DNA from: Balanoglossus misakiensis
Taxonomy: Eukaryota > Animalia > Hemichordata
Length of the DNA stretch: 64,000 bases
Reading direction: 5' to 3'
Assembly: GCA_040954595.2 (NCBI GenBank)
Contig: CM082576.2
Location: forward strand, 12,093,129 to 12,157,128
Part shown: one piece after another, positions 12,602 through 26,957 of the stretch
Numbering within the stretch: position 1 is the stretch's first letter
Layout of the letters: each line of letters starts with the position of its first letter
Position numbers and translations under genes: made by a program
The notes under the pieces: model-generated
Database searches by the model: none
Told to the model about the DNA's origin: nothing
Seen by the model: only the letters and a program-made list of their open reading frames with translations

Positions 12602-15600
12602 AAATGTATGTACGATGGGAAAATGAAAGTAAGAAACATCTGATGACTCGCGACATCTTTTAGTAGAAACCGTCCTTAAATATTTCTATTGTTTGGTCGG
12701 TCATCCTAACAGACAAATAAACAAAATACGAAAATAACAACAACATTTCAGCAATATTTCAAAAGCTGAGACTTGTCTAATAGAGTAAGAAATATATGAA
12801 CTCATATATAAGGGGTGTGTCCCAAAGGAACAACTATAGGGCCTACAGTTTTCTTTGATGTATAGTCCCATCGACACTTTATCAGGACACAGATGAATGA
12901 AGGTTAGCCCTCCCCCACTTTAATGCATGTGTATCACTGTTTTCAGAATGTTTAAGAATGCAGCTTCGATAATGATTTCAATATTGGCAGAAGTTTGGTG
13001 TTATTTTCCAACGTTTCGTCAATAATTGATATTGTGTGAAATATTTCAGAAACTGCATATTGTCATAATCGCTGTACCATATTTGAATTATTGTTTCACA
13101 CATGTAGAAAACGTAAGGTGATATGATAGTATTGAAAAAGAAACATCCAACATTTCTATGCCAATTAAAGTTCGTTTTCCTTTTACTGAATTTTGCAATT
13201 GGGGCCGGCTACAGCAGGAATCCAATTTGATTAAACTTGCACCACGTATTGATAACAGAAATAATTGCATTTAGACAGAATTATCAGCTAATATGCATAC
13301 GAGACACTCTTTTGTAGTTTGTGATACATAATGAAGAAATGCTTACTCAATGAAAATTTGGTGACATTTGCAGAAGATATTGACGAGACAAAGTTATTGT
13401 GGCAATGACAAGATTAAGAAGTTTTGTCGATTAATTACTAATTTGCATAGTTAATATTTTTGCACTTACGGATACATACCTAAAAATAGAATTACCAAAT
13501 GTTGATGAAACTTGCTACACATACTGATTTCACTATAAGATGTTAACTCTAAAATGTATCTTTGCCCTTCAACTAACTTTTAATGTACACTGTCAACAAA
13601 CTTTGTTCACTGAAAAATGAGGAACACATGCATGACCATTGTTGCCAATCTGCATTTTTCTTAATCTCTATTAAGGGATGAACACCCAGTTCGGCTCATA
13701 TCTGGCAGAGATGCCAATGACAGCGTCGTTTGGATATATCTCTATCTACCTCACTGTGTCAAATATTCCATTGCCATGACATTGGTTCTCCACGTCCGTT
13801 ACTAACCTCTGTCGACTGAATTGCATACGTCTTCTGCTCGGCAACCTACAATGCCTTGCTTTGACCAACTATGAAATTGTTTTTTAAACTGCTTTTATCG
13901 GTACTTTACTGTAATGATTCGGTACCTCGGTTGTGTGGACTTTGTTCGTTGGATGGTAGGCGAATACACATATATGTGGACATCTTACCGTACTGACGGA
14001 CTCTGAGAAAGCAACATTATATCACGTGTGTAATGAGGTGTAAGATCGTTATATTTCGGAGAAGTTGATTCCCCATTTGTAGATCTTGATATAGCGAGAC
14101 ACAGGCAGAGAGACAGGGGCACACAGGCAGGTAGGCAGACAAACAGACAGACAGATAAAGGCGGGTGTGTATGCATGTATGTGTATGCATTTGCATACAC
14201 AGACAAGGTACATGTATAGGAAGAGTGGATTACCAACAACAAAAAGAGACTTCATTCGTTTTTCATAAACCTAGCCTTTATCCATAACTATTTTTCTCTG
14301 TTTCCCCCTTCATTTCAGTGAGGATTTTCAGGAGATTAACCGTGCCTGGAGTGGACGGCTTTGCTGTTCTCACCGAAGCATGCTGCCAACGGGATGCTTG
14401 CTGTCCTCTGAAAGGAAACCTCGAATCTCCAATTACATTCCTCGCCGCTTAACGAATATTCAATCTCTTTCGCGGATGAAACGTCAAATCCTGCGTGTCA
14501 CGAACGATCCCATCCACCCGGGTGATCTCACCGTGGCGGAAGACACCGGTTGCGTGCGGTTGGTCTTTAAGTGAATGAGAAAATTAGTTAATTGCCTCCG
14601 TGACATCACCGTGGACAACAGTCAACTATATACGCACATGCAATATGTCTTTGAGTCTTGAAAAGACGACGGCTTTTTAAGCGCTGACTTGTTTTGACAA
14701 TACTCGAGTAGACAGGCCACACCACGGCGTGATATGCCGCCACAGTGGCCGTGCTACGGGTAATTAAATTGCATGGACAATATAAAATGTGATCTTGGAG
14801 ATGGAGGTGCAACCACTGCTTAGATACCAGGAGCGTAGAGTAGGCACACGGTGCCTTGGTTGGGGCTTTGTTTTGCCTCCCCTGGACCGACCTTGCAATT
14901 TCGCCGTCGAGTGCAGCCGTGACAAGGGCCGCCGGCTCCGCATTGCAGGAGTGCTAGGCATTTCAAATATGCCTCATCAGCTCTAATTGATTTATTGCCG
15001 CGCAAATGTTTTGTATCTGGTTCCCGATCAAGTACATGGGCGACCAAGTTCAAGGTTGAGTGAATCCACGAGGAAGCGGCGTCATTTTGCACTGGGGGAA
15101 AAAGCATGTGGTGTGTTTAACCTTGAGCACCCTCCACTGACGTTCGTGGCTAATATTTAATGCAATATACATCTCTGACATCTCTGACTCAACTCGTTGA
15201 CTACTTTGGAGGGAAGCCGCCCATCCCAGTCCAACCGAAATCAGACGCCAATCTTGTCAAGATCGCCACGAAACATTAATTAAAATGTATTAGGTAGGAT
15301 TTGCGGGGTTTATAGATAAGAATGCTCTTCAACGGCCGTAAACAATCAATTGTGCGCTTCGATCATTGCATTCGATCATTCATTCAGATTAGATACGAAG
15401 AAATGACAACTCCCTTGTTCATATTACAGTACTGTACTTGATAAACTGTTGATTTTTTTTACCTCATATTGCTTTGGAAGACGGACTTTTACAGCTTGAT
15501 TTAATACCCCAGACTCACTGCAGCCCTTGTGGTGCGGTAAAGAACAGTTCTTTAAAAGCCAGAGCAATTGCCATGAGATTACTTTAGAATCGATGTTTGA

Positions 15601-16744
15601 TGGATTTCCGAGAGAGGACGAGAATAAATTGCACCGGACCTAGACCTGTCCGTTCATCATCGCGGAGTCCCTTCCGCGCAGGCGCATTACAATTAGCACT
15701 AATGGACTTCACTGGAATGTTAGTCGGAAGGGCTTTCCGTTCAATATAATTACCAACACGCGAAATATGCCGAGTTGTTTTCTTCAGATTTTAGTCATAA
15801 AAAAGCACAGGTAAAGAATAGTGGTTAATAGTGCATAGAAGACTTTATCTTTTTATTGTAAACGATAAAAGGTAAGATATTTCAACACAGACTCCGAGAA
15901 TAAATTGGCTGAGCCATTTAAAAGTTTTGTAAACGTCCTGGTATTTTTTTCACTCTTTGTCGCCGCGCATTATCGAGTAAAGCAATTTTAAATGCTTCAT
16001 TATCGAACCACAGAACATCTGCATAATATGCCTCCACCCGCACTGTGTTTAAGACTGTTCCCTTGAAAACAGACTGTCATATGATTTTGGAGGGTGTTTC
16101 TCTGTGTGCGTGTCCCCCCCCCACAGTTTCCATCTTGCCCCTGTGCAAACCACCTCACACTCTCTACCCATAGGATTACATCGCGAATTGCTATAGAAAC
16201 GTAACTTCTACTATTGTCATTTTCAAACTTTGAAGTTTTGCACATTACTTACACGAGTAAGTGGTCGAATGAAATCGTGTTTCCACCGTGACAGTGCTGC
16301 CTTTTTATTTCATAAAATATATTTAATATGGACTTTGATAACACTTACAGTAAAGAATCCAAACAGTCGCTATCAAAACGACTGACAATACTTTCAACTT
16401 TATCGAAGCGTGGTTACAGCAAGTATACTCTCCAGTAGTTCGGTCGGTTCGCATTAATTCCGCTAAAAGGTCAAAGCCAGAAATCTTCAGAAGAAAAATT
16501 ACCTGGGCATCAAGCATACATGAAGATTTAATGGATTGTGCATACACATTGCTCCATGTTAGTAGCTAACACAGAAAATCGTCCGATGTCTTTAATGTAT
16601 GACATCACCATGGCACCGTGACGCGACTGGTGATCATCACCTGCGTATAAACATTGGTGTATTATCCGGACACTGATAATACGTAGACATGAATTCCCTA
16701 ATTACAGCTCTTGGCAGAGAGAGAGAGACAAATGTGGACACAGG

Positions 16745-16757
16745 CAGAGAGAGAGAC

Positions 16758-16790
<33 letters not shown>

Positions 16791-16820
16791 TAGACAGACA
16801 GACAGACAGACAGATAGACA
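16745..16820. repeat. (GA)n/(GACA)n microsatellite
   Basis: Directly visible. Confidence 0.92.
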
Positions 16821-17018
16821 GTATATGCATGTGTTATATTATTATTATTATTAAGCGACTGCACGCCCGCCAGCAAGACTTACACAAAACGGTTGTTTGT
16901 TTCAAGTGCCGAACGACGCAATTCCACGTGGGAGGTGACCCGCATAGCAACTTACCTGCGCAAAACATCCCCGGAAAATCGATGTGCAAATTATACAAAT
17001 CGAACAAAGCGGTGTTTC

Positions 17019-17040
17019 CACACACACACACACACACACA
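17019..17040. repeat. (CA)11 microsatellite
   Basis: Directly visible. Confidence 0.9.
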
Positions 17041-18154
17041 TCGAACACATTCCTGGCCCATTCAGTTTGTTCTTAGTGGTCACGTCCACAAATGTGTATT
17101 TTGAGTTAAGTGTGGCCCTAGAATGACAATGGCGATTAGCCCAATCAATTCTAATGAAAAAACTACCGAGATTTACTAAACGCGATTACGCTCTTAACTG
17201 GGAAATACCTCACAATTGAATGCGGGCTGTGTACTCAAGACGAAGTCAGGTTGTTTACTTGACACTTACACAGAAAATTATCGACTACTTTAAAAAACAA
17301 AAACAAAATAATAACATCAACACATAACAGTCCACAGTTTTCCTTTCAGCTTTTCTTTCGTCGAGGACTGAATGAGGCATTGCGAAGATTCCATATAAAG
17401 CACCCAGATTAAAACTACACAGTTGTTTTTTTATTATTTCTGTCGTTTTGATATGAACATGCACCGCCCAGAATTCAACTGCATGCATGTCAATTGATAT
17501 TTGATCATCATTTTAATATGCAACATTGCACAGAAAACACTGACGTATCGCTAAAGAATTGACCTGATGGTTACGCCTCAACTGGATCACGTTATTATTG
17601 TTTGATCTTGTCGTCAAGGCAACAAGCAAAGCCGGGCTGCAGACTGAGCGTGGCGCTTGGCGATGCCACAGAAAAGGCTCAGAAATGAGGATAGTGACAT
17701 AATTAATGCGTTATAGGCATGTCAGGCGATATGTTCACAATTCTGTCGCATTCATAAAGAAATGACTGGACAGAAAAACTAATTAGGTCTGTGTTATTTG
17801 TTTTCTGGGAAATGCTTCGTGATTAACAACACATCTGGGACGAAACAAATGGTGAAACTGCACTTTATATAATTTCTCTCGTTGCCATGCACCATTAGTC
17901 AACCGGTTTAATGGGGACGCGAGGGGGAAAAGGCGCAATTTGCTTTCTCGGAATAGACACACCGCATTATGATATCATGTATATCCTTGATGTGTCTGTA
18001 GGGAAGATCTTTGTTTGCAAAATTTGCATGAATTTTAATTAGAAAAACGAGAAATTTTGGGGGAAGCGAGAAAGATGGCGACACCGGAAAACCAAGACAT
18101 GAACCAATAGATGAGTCTTCAAACTGCTGTCGCGACGTTCCCATTCATACATCT

Positions 18155-18181
18155 GTGTCACCATAGGGTCTATGGTGTCAC
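18155..18181. mobile_element. DNA-transposon footprint: GTGTCAC-CATAGGGTCTATG-GTGTCAC
   Basis: 7-bp direct repeat flanking a CATAG...CTATG inverted end. Confidence 0.5.
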
Positions 18182-21100
18182 TCACAACATTCGAATAATC
18201 ATGTTTGCAGTCATAATGGCGTAGATAAGTAACCAGATGTGAAGCGTGTAACCGATTGACGTATTAACAAACGGGAAAGTCTATACGCGGCTGCCGCGAA
18301 ACCACTCGGTCAAACCAGAATCTCCAAGACAAGATGCTTCTGTGGTCGAGCATTCATTCACCTGATCTGACACATCAAACACTTACACACAACCAGCAAT
18401 TAAACAACATATGTTGCACATATGTTTTTATTACAAAATACAGGTCTGGAGTACATTCTGTTCATATCCGTCTCGCCATCTACCCGGACCTGTCCACTCA
18501 AAATATAAAACTTGCACATATTCCCGAGTTTGTGTGCGCAAGTGTGAGTGTGTCGACATATTTCAAACCGTCACAAGATCTGTGCTATCTCAAACAGAAA
18601 TATTAAAAAGTTTAAACAATGTACTAATGCGATCAACGCAAAGATGAGAGTGGTTGAAATTCAAAGGCATTCCTGGTGAAGACCGTAATATGTAACACGG
18701 ATATTATTGTGAATGATAAGACGTGGGGAAATGTATTTGTTTCTGAAAGATCGATGGTGGTGTTCTGTGCAGGAAAACAAATTGATGTAGCTTTGACCCA
18801 AAGTTGGGGGCGCAACATTGTATAGGCACAGACAAGGACAGGGAAGACTGCTGTATGGCAGTCACCGGAGTTGCGTGACCACTGCACACGTGAGTTATAA
18901 CACAAGACGTAAATTTGGCTGTGATATTAAGTCCAGATATAAGACTCCGTGTTTTGTTTTTCAAGAAATGTGGTCGAAAATTCGACGGAAACAACTTAGT
19001 ACAAAGTAGTCTACATCGCAGCTATATATAGTAAACTCCATTGTGTCAATTGGCAAGTGTAAACCACTTCGATGAACGGTCTTGACGTCTTGATGACGTT
19101 GTTCGCCATTGTTTACCAGAATTTTAGTAACCCAGGCGACATAGACAAAGTGTGTGGGCATTTATACGGCACTCCCAGAATCTTTAACACATTTTTTTAT
19201 GTTTTGGGAATTGTACATCCCGGTGTCCAGTTTTACTTGTTGGTTGGTACACTCACCGTCATTGCCGGCACAGACCTGATATTACTTTAGAAATATCAAA
19301 TCACACCACATGAACTCTACGTTTTGTAGCTTGCATAACTGTATTTGTACTGTGATGTAATCTGTGGTACAGCTACATTTGTTCGTGCCATTCTTAGCAC
19401 GTTTCGTGTCTAAATATAGACAGCACCACCTTCGCTGGAAGCCATACCATGCATTTCCTTCTTCAAACCGTTGACCTCGCTGTCTTCCTGTGATGGTTAG
19501 GGATTGCCCTTCGCACACACTCGAGCATGGGCGCACCACAGATTCGAGTAATCTTGTCGCAACACAATCCTATCCCTTGTCAGTGGGATTAATTAAAAAT
19601 TGCAAATTAGAATAGGCAAATTAATTATTTTGAAGCTTTGGATGACGCCGTCCGTTGTGATAAGATAGCGGACCAACGTTAATTTCTTGGGCCCAATAAA
19701 GGCAGTGCCTATTATCATCGTACTACTCATCGCGATAATGCACAACGAACTATATAGGAGTATTCTTCTCTCATATTAAGAGATAGACATCAGAAGTTCA
19801 AATATTATGCCGTACGGTTTGCTTTGTTTGCCAGTTTACAAGTGGGTCAGTTCAACAACTCGCCAAACTCACAGAGGACTGACATCAGATAAACATCGAT
19901 CACATCATTTCAGATGAAGCGTTCTACATTTCTTCTGTCACTTGACATCTTATCGCCCTCCCGCGATCGATATCCAGTTTACAAATACAAAACGTGAACG
20001 ATAACCTCAATCGGATCAAGGTCACAGTCATCCCCCGGGGGGCAGCTCTGTCTGTCCAGGGTATCAGAAATTGACGTTACCGTTAGGTGTGATCGACCGA
20101 CGGGATCATCAACTCATTTAGAAAATATGGGAGCTCGTGCGCAATAGAAAATAAAAACCGTGTCCTTGGTTGCCACACAGTCCTTCCACGTATAAGGTTT
20201 GCGGACACCTATGCAAATGTAACCATTGTTACCATGGAAAATGTAAATATAGCCAATCGCATATTTTTAGTGGTGCGGTGGCCATAACCATCGCCCTTGA
20301 CCGTACACGCGGAAAACAAATGTGGCATAGACTGAATATGCTTTCGATTGGTGGCGCTATCACTGAAACGTTGGGTTTAGTTTTTTCTTATACACGCGCA
20401 CATTATTACCGAGATGTGATATAATAATAAACTCCAAACGGTCGGCACAAGGCATTTTGAAATATTCGGTTTTGTCATTCCATTAATGTTGACATTATTA
20501 TTAAATTAATGCATGTATCAAACACGACGTAATGTCGTAATGTCAAGGGTCACACAGGAGGTCGTAACTAAATCAGTTTGCCGAAATAAATTCATGATGT
20601 TAAACAAATCCATATTTTAAAGTCAGCAAATTTAAATATCAAACTATAGTTCATGCCAGTTGTTCGTCAGACTGACGTGTATCACAATTCACCAGAAACT
20701 GAAGGAAGTCACATGAATTTTAGAACAGATAGGAGGAGACACTGCAAAAATGCACGGACAATGCCCAAATCATCGGCGAGACAGAACTCCTATCAAAAAA
20801 AGTACTTCGACTGTAGATCAAAATGTATACTCCGTTTTTATTAAGATAATTTAATAGATATACACAATAAATCGATCACAGGAAAATAATACAATTATAA
20901 AATACGATTTATAGAGTTTAATACACGGGGCGGTGGTGTTGGATTGAATACATGTCGATTTACAACCTGTGACGTCATCACTCTGCGCCCAATGACGTCT
21001 CACCAGAGGCGTTGCCACGTTACTCAAACACAACACAATGAAGTCGTTCGGCGAGGCATCATTTAGGTGGATGTCCGGCCAGAGATCTAATCAAAAACCG

Positions 21101-22964
21101 TTGAAATGTGACAGGAGCGTGTATGGCAACGCCGGCGCATTTTGAAAAACACTGAGCGCGTTGTCAGCCGGCGTTTGCTCTCCAGAGACCGAGGTTATTA
21201 TTTTTTTTCACCGCTGTGACCCGAACGAAGCGAAGTCACGCTGGAGTCAACCGAGTGATTGATGGGAGCGCCCTGTACCTGTGGTGCAGCACGTCTTTTC
21301 AAAGATTTGAACTTTGAGTACGTCGTGTCGCGGAGAAAAATATAATAATATGATTTTAGGATTTGACAGGGAAGCCGCCTTAAGGACCGTCTTTCTGCAC
21401 ACTCCTTGGCGTTTGTTTCATTCCTGTTTGTTTTTGACTGGAGGGCACTCCACATACATACATAATGCAAAAACCCAGTCTCTTTTAGGCCTATATCAAT
21501 ATGAGTTGGTGGTTGCCCCCCCCCCCCCAAGCGAAAATGAAAGCGTCGGTGGATTAAGCAGACATTTTTTGAGAACTGGGAAATAAACGACATGTCTGAC
21601 ATGGAGTGGGCCCTGGGTGCTGAAAGTTGTCTTAGCTACCAGCTGAGGTGTCACGCCCAAATGAGCCTGCAACACCCGAAATGGCACGTTAATCATGGGG
21701 TTTTAACTTAAATATTAATGATGGAGTGCCCGGCTAAAAATCCACCTATCATAAATAAAAATTAAATTCAATTGCCGATGATGCGGTCGTTTTTCCCCTC
21801 AATTTGGCACTAAAGCTAGTGTTTTAGCTTATACTTAAAACATTATTATTCTTCAGTGTGTTTTTTAATTATACCAATACGTCATCATGTGACTTGTCGC
21901 ATTTCGTTCTTATATATTTACATATTTTAAAGCCTGAGATCGAGATGTCACCCTGTTAACGAATCAAAATAAATCTTATTGTAATATAACATCAATATTG
22001 GTGTCTGCGCATCGACATTCAGACCTCGGCGCTTGATTGTTGCCGGCGGCAACACAGAACATTGCGTTAGGTTGTTGTTTTTTAATAAATGGCACTGTAT
22101 ATGAGTACTATTAACCTTCATTTGCACATTATAAGAATAAAAATCGGAATAAAAAATCGTGGCGCGTTAATAAATAAGACACATCCCCGAGGGAAACAAT
22201 CACAGTTTCTCCATAGCGCCTACATGCAAGCGTGGTGACCAGATTTCAAAAGAAACCATTGAAACTGAAAACCTAGAATTCAGACGTTGTATTTTGGGGC
22301 TCGCCTTCTTGTAAGTCAGGCGTAAGCCCTTAACACGACGTCCGGAAGTCCTGGGCTACAAACAACGCCGATCTTGGCGGTGGATACGATCGATCGATCG
22401 ATTCGGAAGATTTTGTAAACAAGGCATTTTGAAATGTTCTCTCTGAGTAATTACTAGTATTTGTTTTCTGATTCCTATAAATTAAAATTCATGTTTATCG
22501 TATTTGAAATAATGCACGGTTAAATTTGACAGAATAATAAATAAATAAAAAATATCTGCTTCGCTAGCAATGTATCGAAAACGCTCCTGTGGCAATTAAT
22601 CTGACACGGTGGCAGTTATGCAGTATGTGTGGGTCCTCTTCGTGTGGTCCCCAACGGACACGACGAGGATGTCCTTGCCAACAGCCAGCAATTAATTGGA
22701 AATTCGCGTGCCAGGTATAGCTATTGTTAGTTTACCAATAGTCACTGCTTCCTTTACCACCTATAAAGTCGTGTTATAGAACAATCACGAATCACTGGTA
22801 CAATAAAATTACCACTATATGAGCAATTCCTCTCTACGACTCTAATCCACTCCAATTCTCACAAAATTACGAAGTTAGAATACTACTAAAGGCAAACTCA
22901 AACGTTCCCTTCTGAAATGATCACGAAGGATGTTGCTTCCAATATAGGCATCCGTCACTGCATG

Positions 22965-24158
22965 CTATTTCAGGTTGGCCTCAATGTAGGTGGCACTTCC
23001 GTGGAACGAGGCGGCGCTTGCCGGCGTGTTGCTTCCCGATCCCCGGTCGCCGACAAGGCCTTTGTCCAAGGGTGGTAAGTGGTACACGCTGATGGGCTTG
23101 CGCGCCCCGAGAAAGTCGTTCTGGTGCCTGTGGCCCGGGGCCGACTTGTTGCGCAGTTTCTTGTACAGGTTGGCGTCGCACTCCACGCGAGTGGCGTGCG
23201 AAAGTCCCAATTTGGCAGCGTTCGTCTGATGTTGTTGGTGTATCGATATTAAAGGATTGGTGGTTCCCAGACGCAGCGAGGCAGAGTTATTAAGGTCTCG
23301 ACCCCGTCGTTTTTGTAACGCCGACGGTGTTCGTGAGGTTACCTGTTCTTGACATGTGACGCCCGCATTACTTGATCTGAAGCGCATACTGTCTGCTGAC
23401 GTCTGGGGTCGCAACACACCTTCGCTTTCCTCTTCACTATAGACACCTTCGAAATCATCCGGCGCCCCGTCTCGATGTATGAGTTGTTGATGGTGGTGGT
23501 GGTAATGATTATATTGGCTCGGTAGAAAATGTTCACTGTGTCTGAGGCCTGGCGAAACCTCAGGGTCATCAAAGTCTTCGTAACTGAGTTGTTCTTTCAA
23601 ACCCCGACCGTCTGTGCAGTCGTCGCCACCGGCTATACTCGCTACGCTCGCCGCTGACGTGTCGGACTCCCCGTCCGAATCGAAAGCTCCCTCCGCCTTC
23701 CTTTCGTAAAACCCAACCGATGTTTTGGGTCGAAGTCGCTTGGTTGGTGCCGTCGACGGCGGCGACACACTAGACGCGGTCGGATTATAATCCGGGCCCG
23801 ATTTGCTATCACAAGTGGGGTCGACAACGTCGATGTTATCATTATCGTCGACTGTCATGTGATTGGAATCATCGTAATCAACGGTCTTACTTCTCCTAGT
23901 CCTGTTTCCAAGTGCGGTCTTTGGTCGTGAGACCCCTTCGCGACGTCGGCTGGGTCGTGACCGCCTGGTCCCCGGCTCCTTGCCACCCGCACTCGAGTTA
24001 TCCATGTCACCTGTCGTGTGTCTCCTCAGCCCCATATTCTTGAGCCGCAGTGCTAACTCCTCTTGATCCTGCAGGAATCGACTGAGCAAAGCGGCCTTTG
24101 ACCTCTCAAAATCTCGCTCCATTTTCTCTAAAGCGTTATTTCTTCCCAGATCAGCCAT
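22965..24158 (-). CDS. Uncharacterised 397-aa protein, N-terminal coiled coil plus disordered tail (cluster gene 3, CCDC190-like N-terminus)
   Basis: Long ORF with ATG at 24158 in the context aaaacATGG. N-terminal LEKMERDFERSKAALLSRFLQDQEELALRL, plus motifs RPKTA, RPKTS, RPQTS and YHLPPLDK. Confidence 0.75.
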   Translation of the reverse strand: MADLGRNNALEKMERDFERSKAALLSRFLQDQEELALRLKNMGLRRHTTGDMDNSSAGGKEPGTRRSRPSRRREGVSRPKTALGNRTRRSKTVDYDDSNHMTVDDNDNIDVVDPTCDSKSGPDYNPTASSVSPPSTAPTKRLRPKTSVGFYERKAEGAFDSDGESDTSAASVASIAGGDDCTDGRGLKEQLSYEDFDDPEVSPGLRHSEHFLPSQYNHYHHHHQQLIHRDGAPDDFEGVYSEEESEGVLRPQTSADSMRFRSSNAGVTCQEQVTSRTPSALQKRRGRDLNNSASLRLGTTNPLISIHQQHQTNAAKLGLSHATRVECDANLYKKLRNKSAPGHRHQNDFLGARKPISVYHLPPLDKGLVGDRGSGSNTPASAASFHGSATYIEANLK

Positions 24159-26475
24159 GTTTTTTTTTGAAAATATAGAAAAACAACTGCAAACCAATGT
24201 CCGTCCGTGGGTTCCTGGCGTTCTAGTTACTTGGCTTCAGATCTATTTTCAAACACACGGCGCGTGTAACCGTTTACATGAACTCGGTTCAGTCAATGTT
24301 TGGCTGCGGGCTGCGAGTAACAACGTCTTCTTCTCCCAAACGGATTGAAATTTGCTTCATGTGTCTTGCTGGTTGGAGAGTTTGTCAGTTCACAAGTTCC
24401 ATTAAGTAGGACATACCTTGTTACAGCGTTTCTGCCAGCGATCGTTCCTCAAAAAAGTAGATATAGGCCTTCGAGGAACCCTGCTATGATATTCTGCGTG
24501 GTTTCTCTAGCTGCTTAACGCGGCTATTCTTGAAACTATCGTCACTCCCCGGTCGCGGGACAGGTGGTTTGCCGGCGTCTTGAAGGAACGTAATTCTCTG
24601 AGAATCTCAACTTGCCAATCGCATCCTGGTGGAAATCCACATAATTAAAGTATCTTTGAAACGCATAATAACTCACAATGTACAGCAAATCGCCCGATTT
24701 TCAACGCAGAGCGACTCTCCGGTGATCATTACCACAGCGGGTAGGCCGATGTTTGGCGGCACAGTTTATCGGTTACCATTGCCGACGTCGTAACAGCAAA
24801 ACACGCGCATTGATTATTCGTGGTGTTAAATGACCGAATCCAATACGAACTTTGTGTGGGGAATAAACCCTTCATAATCATATGAAAGGCGCCCTTTGAT
24901 ATGCATTACGACCAACCGGCTCATTATTTATCTTGACGAGAAATCAATACGTGAACGAACTGGGTTGGACATTTTTCGGTTGTCGACGGGCTGCTGCATT
25001 TCACCTTCGCGTGGCGGCTAATACCGTGTAGCTTTTGGGCGTAATGGGATTATGCAGCCATTGCCCAAAAGGCGGGCGTTTGCTCACGGATTCATGACCA
25101 GATTTTGTTTAATGGAGTTGTTTGAGGTAGCATGTTTGTCAATACGGTCGCGTTTACCGACACATGTTGAAATCACGCCCGCTGTTGACTAGGCTGAACT
25201 TATGAAGCCGGGCATAGCTTCATTCGAATGTCAATCTATGTGGATTTTGGATTTTTTCTGAGAGCTATGACCACGGTTAAAGGATAAGCATACCTTGCAT
25301 ATACATAACGGGCCACCGTTATTGTTGACAAATTAATTATTAACGCCCTGGGTTTGAATTCATTTTTCAGCAATACAATACTGTGTTTATAAATCAATTT
25401 AGCCATGCTTTAGGGAGTCATAGAAGAAGAAAAAACTACATTTGATAGACAGAGCCAAAATATTGAAATAGTAATCAAATGTAGTATAGCATTAAGCACA
25501 TCTCAGTCGGCAAGGAATTGCTCGTTAAAAACACGAGAACAAGCACATGAGGTGGGGATGGAGGGAGGGGCGAGAGATAGAGGGAGAGTGTGTTGTTTTG
25601 AGGAAGAAAAATCTGAATACATAATAAGAATATATTTCCTCTCACAGGAAAGCAACTTGGGAACCGAACCTCTCCCATGTGCAGTCGTTTTTATTTTTAA
25701 GAGAGACAAAATTTGCCTGCAATTAGTAAACAGCTCTAGTTGAATAACCTAGAATCCAACACGTCAGGGCTGTGAAGGGTGACAATAATGTTAATTGGCT
25801 CAATATATATATACAAATGTACATGTCATGTTGACGATTCGAGTTTTCAATCAACGTTGCCATGCCCTTTGGCAATCACCTTCCCTCGCTGGTTGAAGGT
25901 CCCTTTAAGTCGTCATAATACGTCGACGGGCTTCCAAAGTGCAACATGAAGCGCGCTGATGATGTATTTGCTGGTTAAAGCGTGGATGTAGCGCGTGAAT
26001 GCAAATGCGTCTCGGTCGTGCAAGCTGAGAAGCTGACAATAGGTGACGTCAACTTGAGGGCGCTTCTCATAACAGCCTCCTGTCCAACAGTGCGAGGTGG
26101 AGCATAGCGGACGTCACCGAACCGCCTTCGTCACGTGTCGGCGTTATACGCATAGTTGCGCTACAAATTACGCACGGAATTTCTCCGCTCGTGTTCACAC
26201 TGATAAGTGACGAGAGATTTGAGTCACTGGTACACGTTCGCTCCACAAGGGGTTACCTTGACTGCTATGACATTTTAACAGTCGTTTTTCGAGCTATACA
26301 GTTTGATTTTCCCTTATTGTCAGTGCATATGATAAAGGAGAAGCGTAATGTTGAAGCATTGTTTTTTTTTGGAACCGGTATTAAAATGGTAGTGGCCCAA
26401 GTTGAATACATGTATGTGGTAAATGCCTTTTTATTGAGAAGGGAAAACATCAAAAGTCACTATGATCTTCACCTC

Positions 26476-26477
26476 AT

Positions 26478-26516
<39 letters not shown>
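26476..26516. repeat. (ATC)n microsatellite
   Basis: Directly visible. Confidence 0.92.
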
Positions 26517-26797
26517 TAAAGAAATTATCGATTTAAACAATATCACTACTCGGCAATCTCATAATCTGACGCTGAAATTGTTGCGTCAGAACCAGAATCA
26601 GCCAAAAATGTCGCGCCAAGACGAGGATGATTTAGTCTGATTCTGACGCCAACTTCTAGCTCGTGTCACCATCACCACCATTGCCACCATCATCGTCGTC
26701 GCTCGTTTTTTTTTATTATGATTTACTTTGTTGCATGTCATCACTGCGCGGCAATATCCCGCACGGGCGCGCAAGTAAGAACCATTGTCCTCGTTCC

Positions 26798-26811
26798 GTC
26801 GTCATGGAAAC
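26798..26811. promoter_or_regulatory. RFX X-box GTCGTCATGGAAAC, 147 nt upstream of cluster gene 4 ATG
   Basis: Fits the X-box consensus at a promoter-proximal position. Confidence 0.55.
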
Positions 26812-26957
26812 AGATGCGAGGCCCGCGCCAATATTCCAAAGCAGAACAATGAGAAACAGTTCGAAGAACGTCCAAGATCATTCGAACACCGCTTTCGTGA
26901 TCAACGCGCGCTGTCGATATAAGCTTAGGTGTGAAGGAAACTGTCGTCTCTTCTGAC

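Noticed and set aside
26191-26640. 149-aa ORF with poly-Ile
   Set aside because: Runs through the (ATC)n microsatellite, starts at GTG and is AT-rich with no coding bias.
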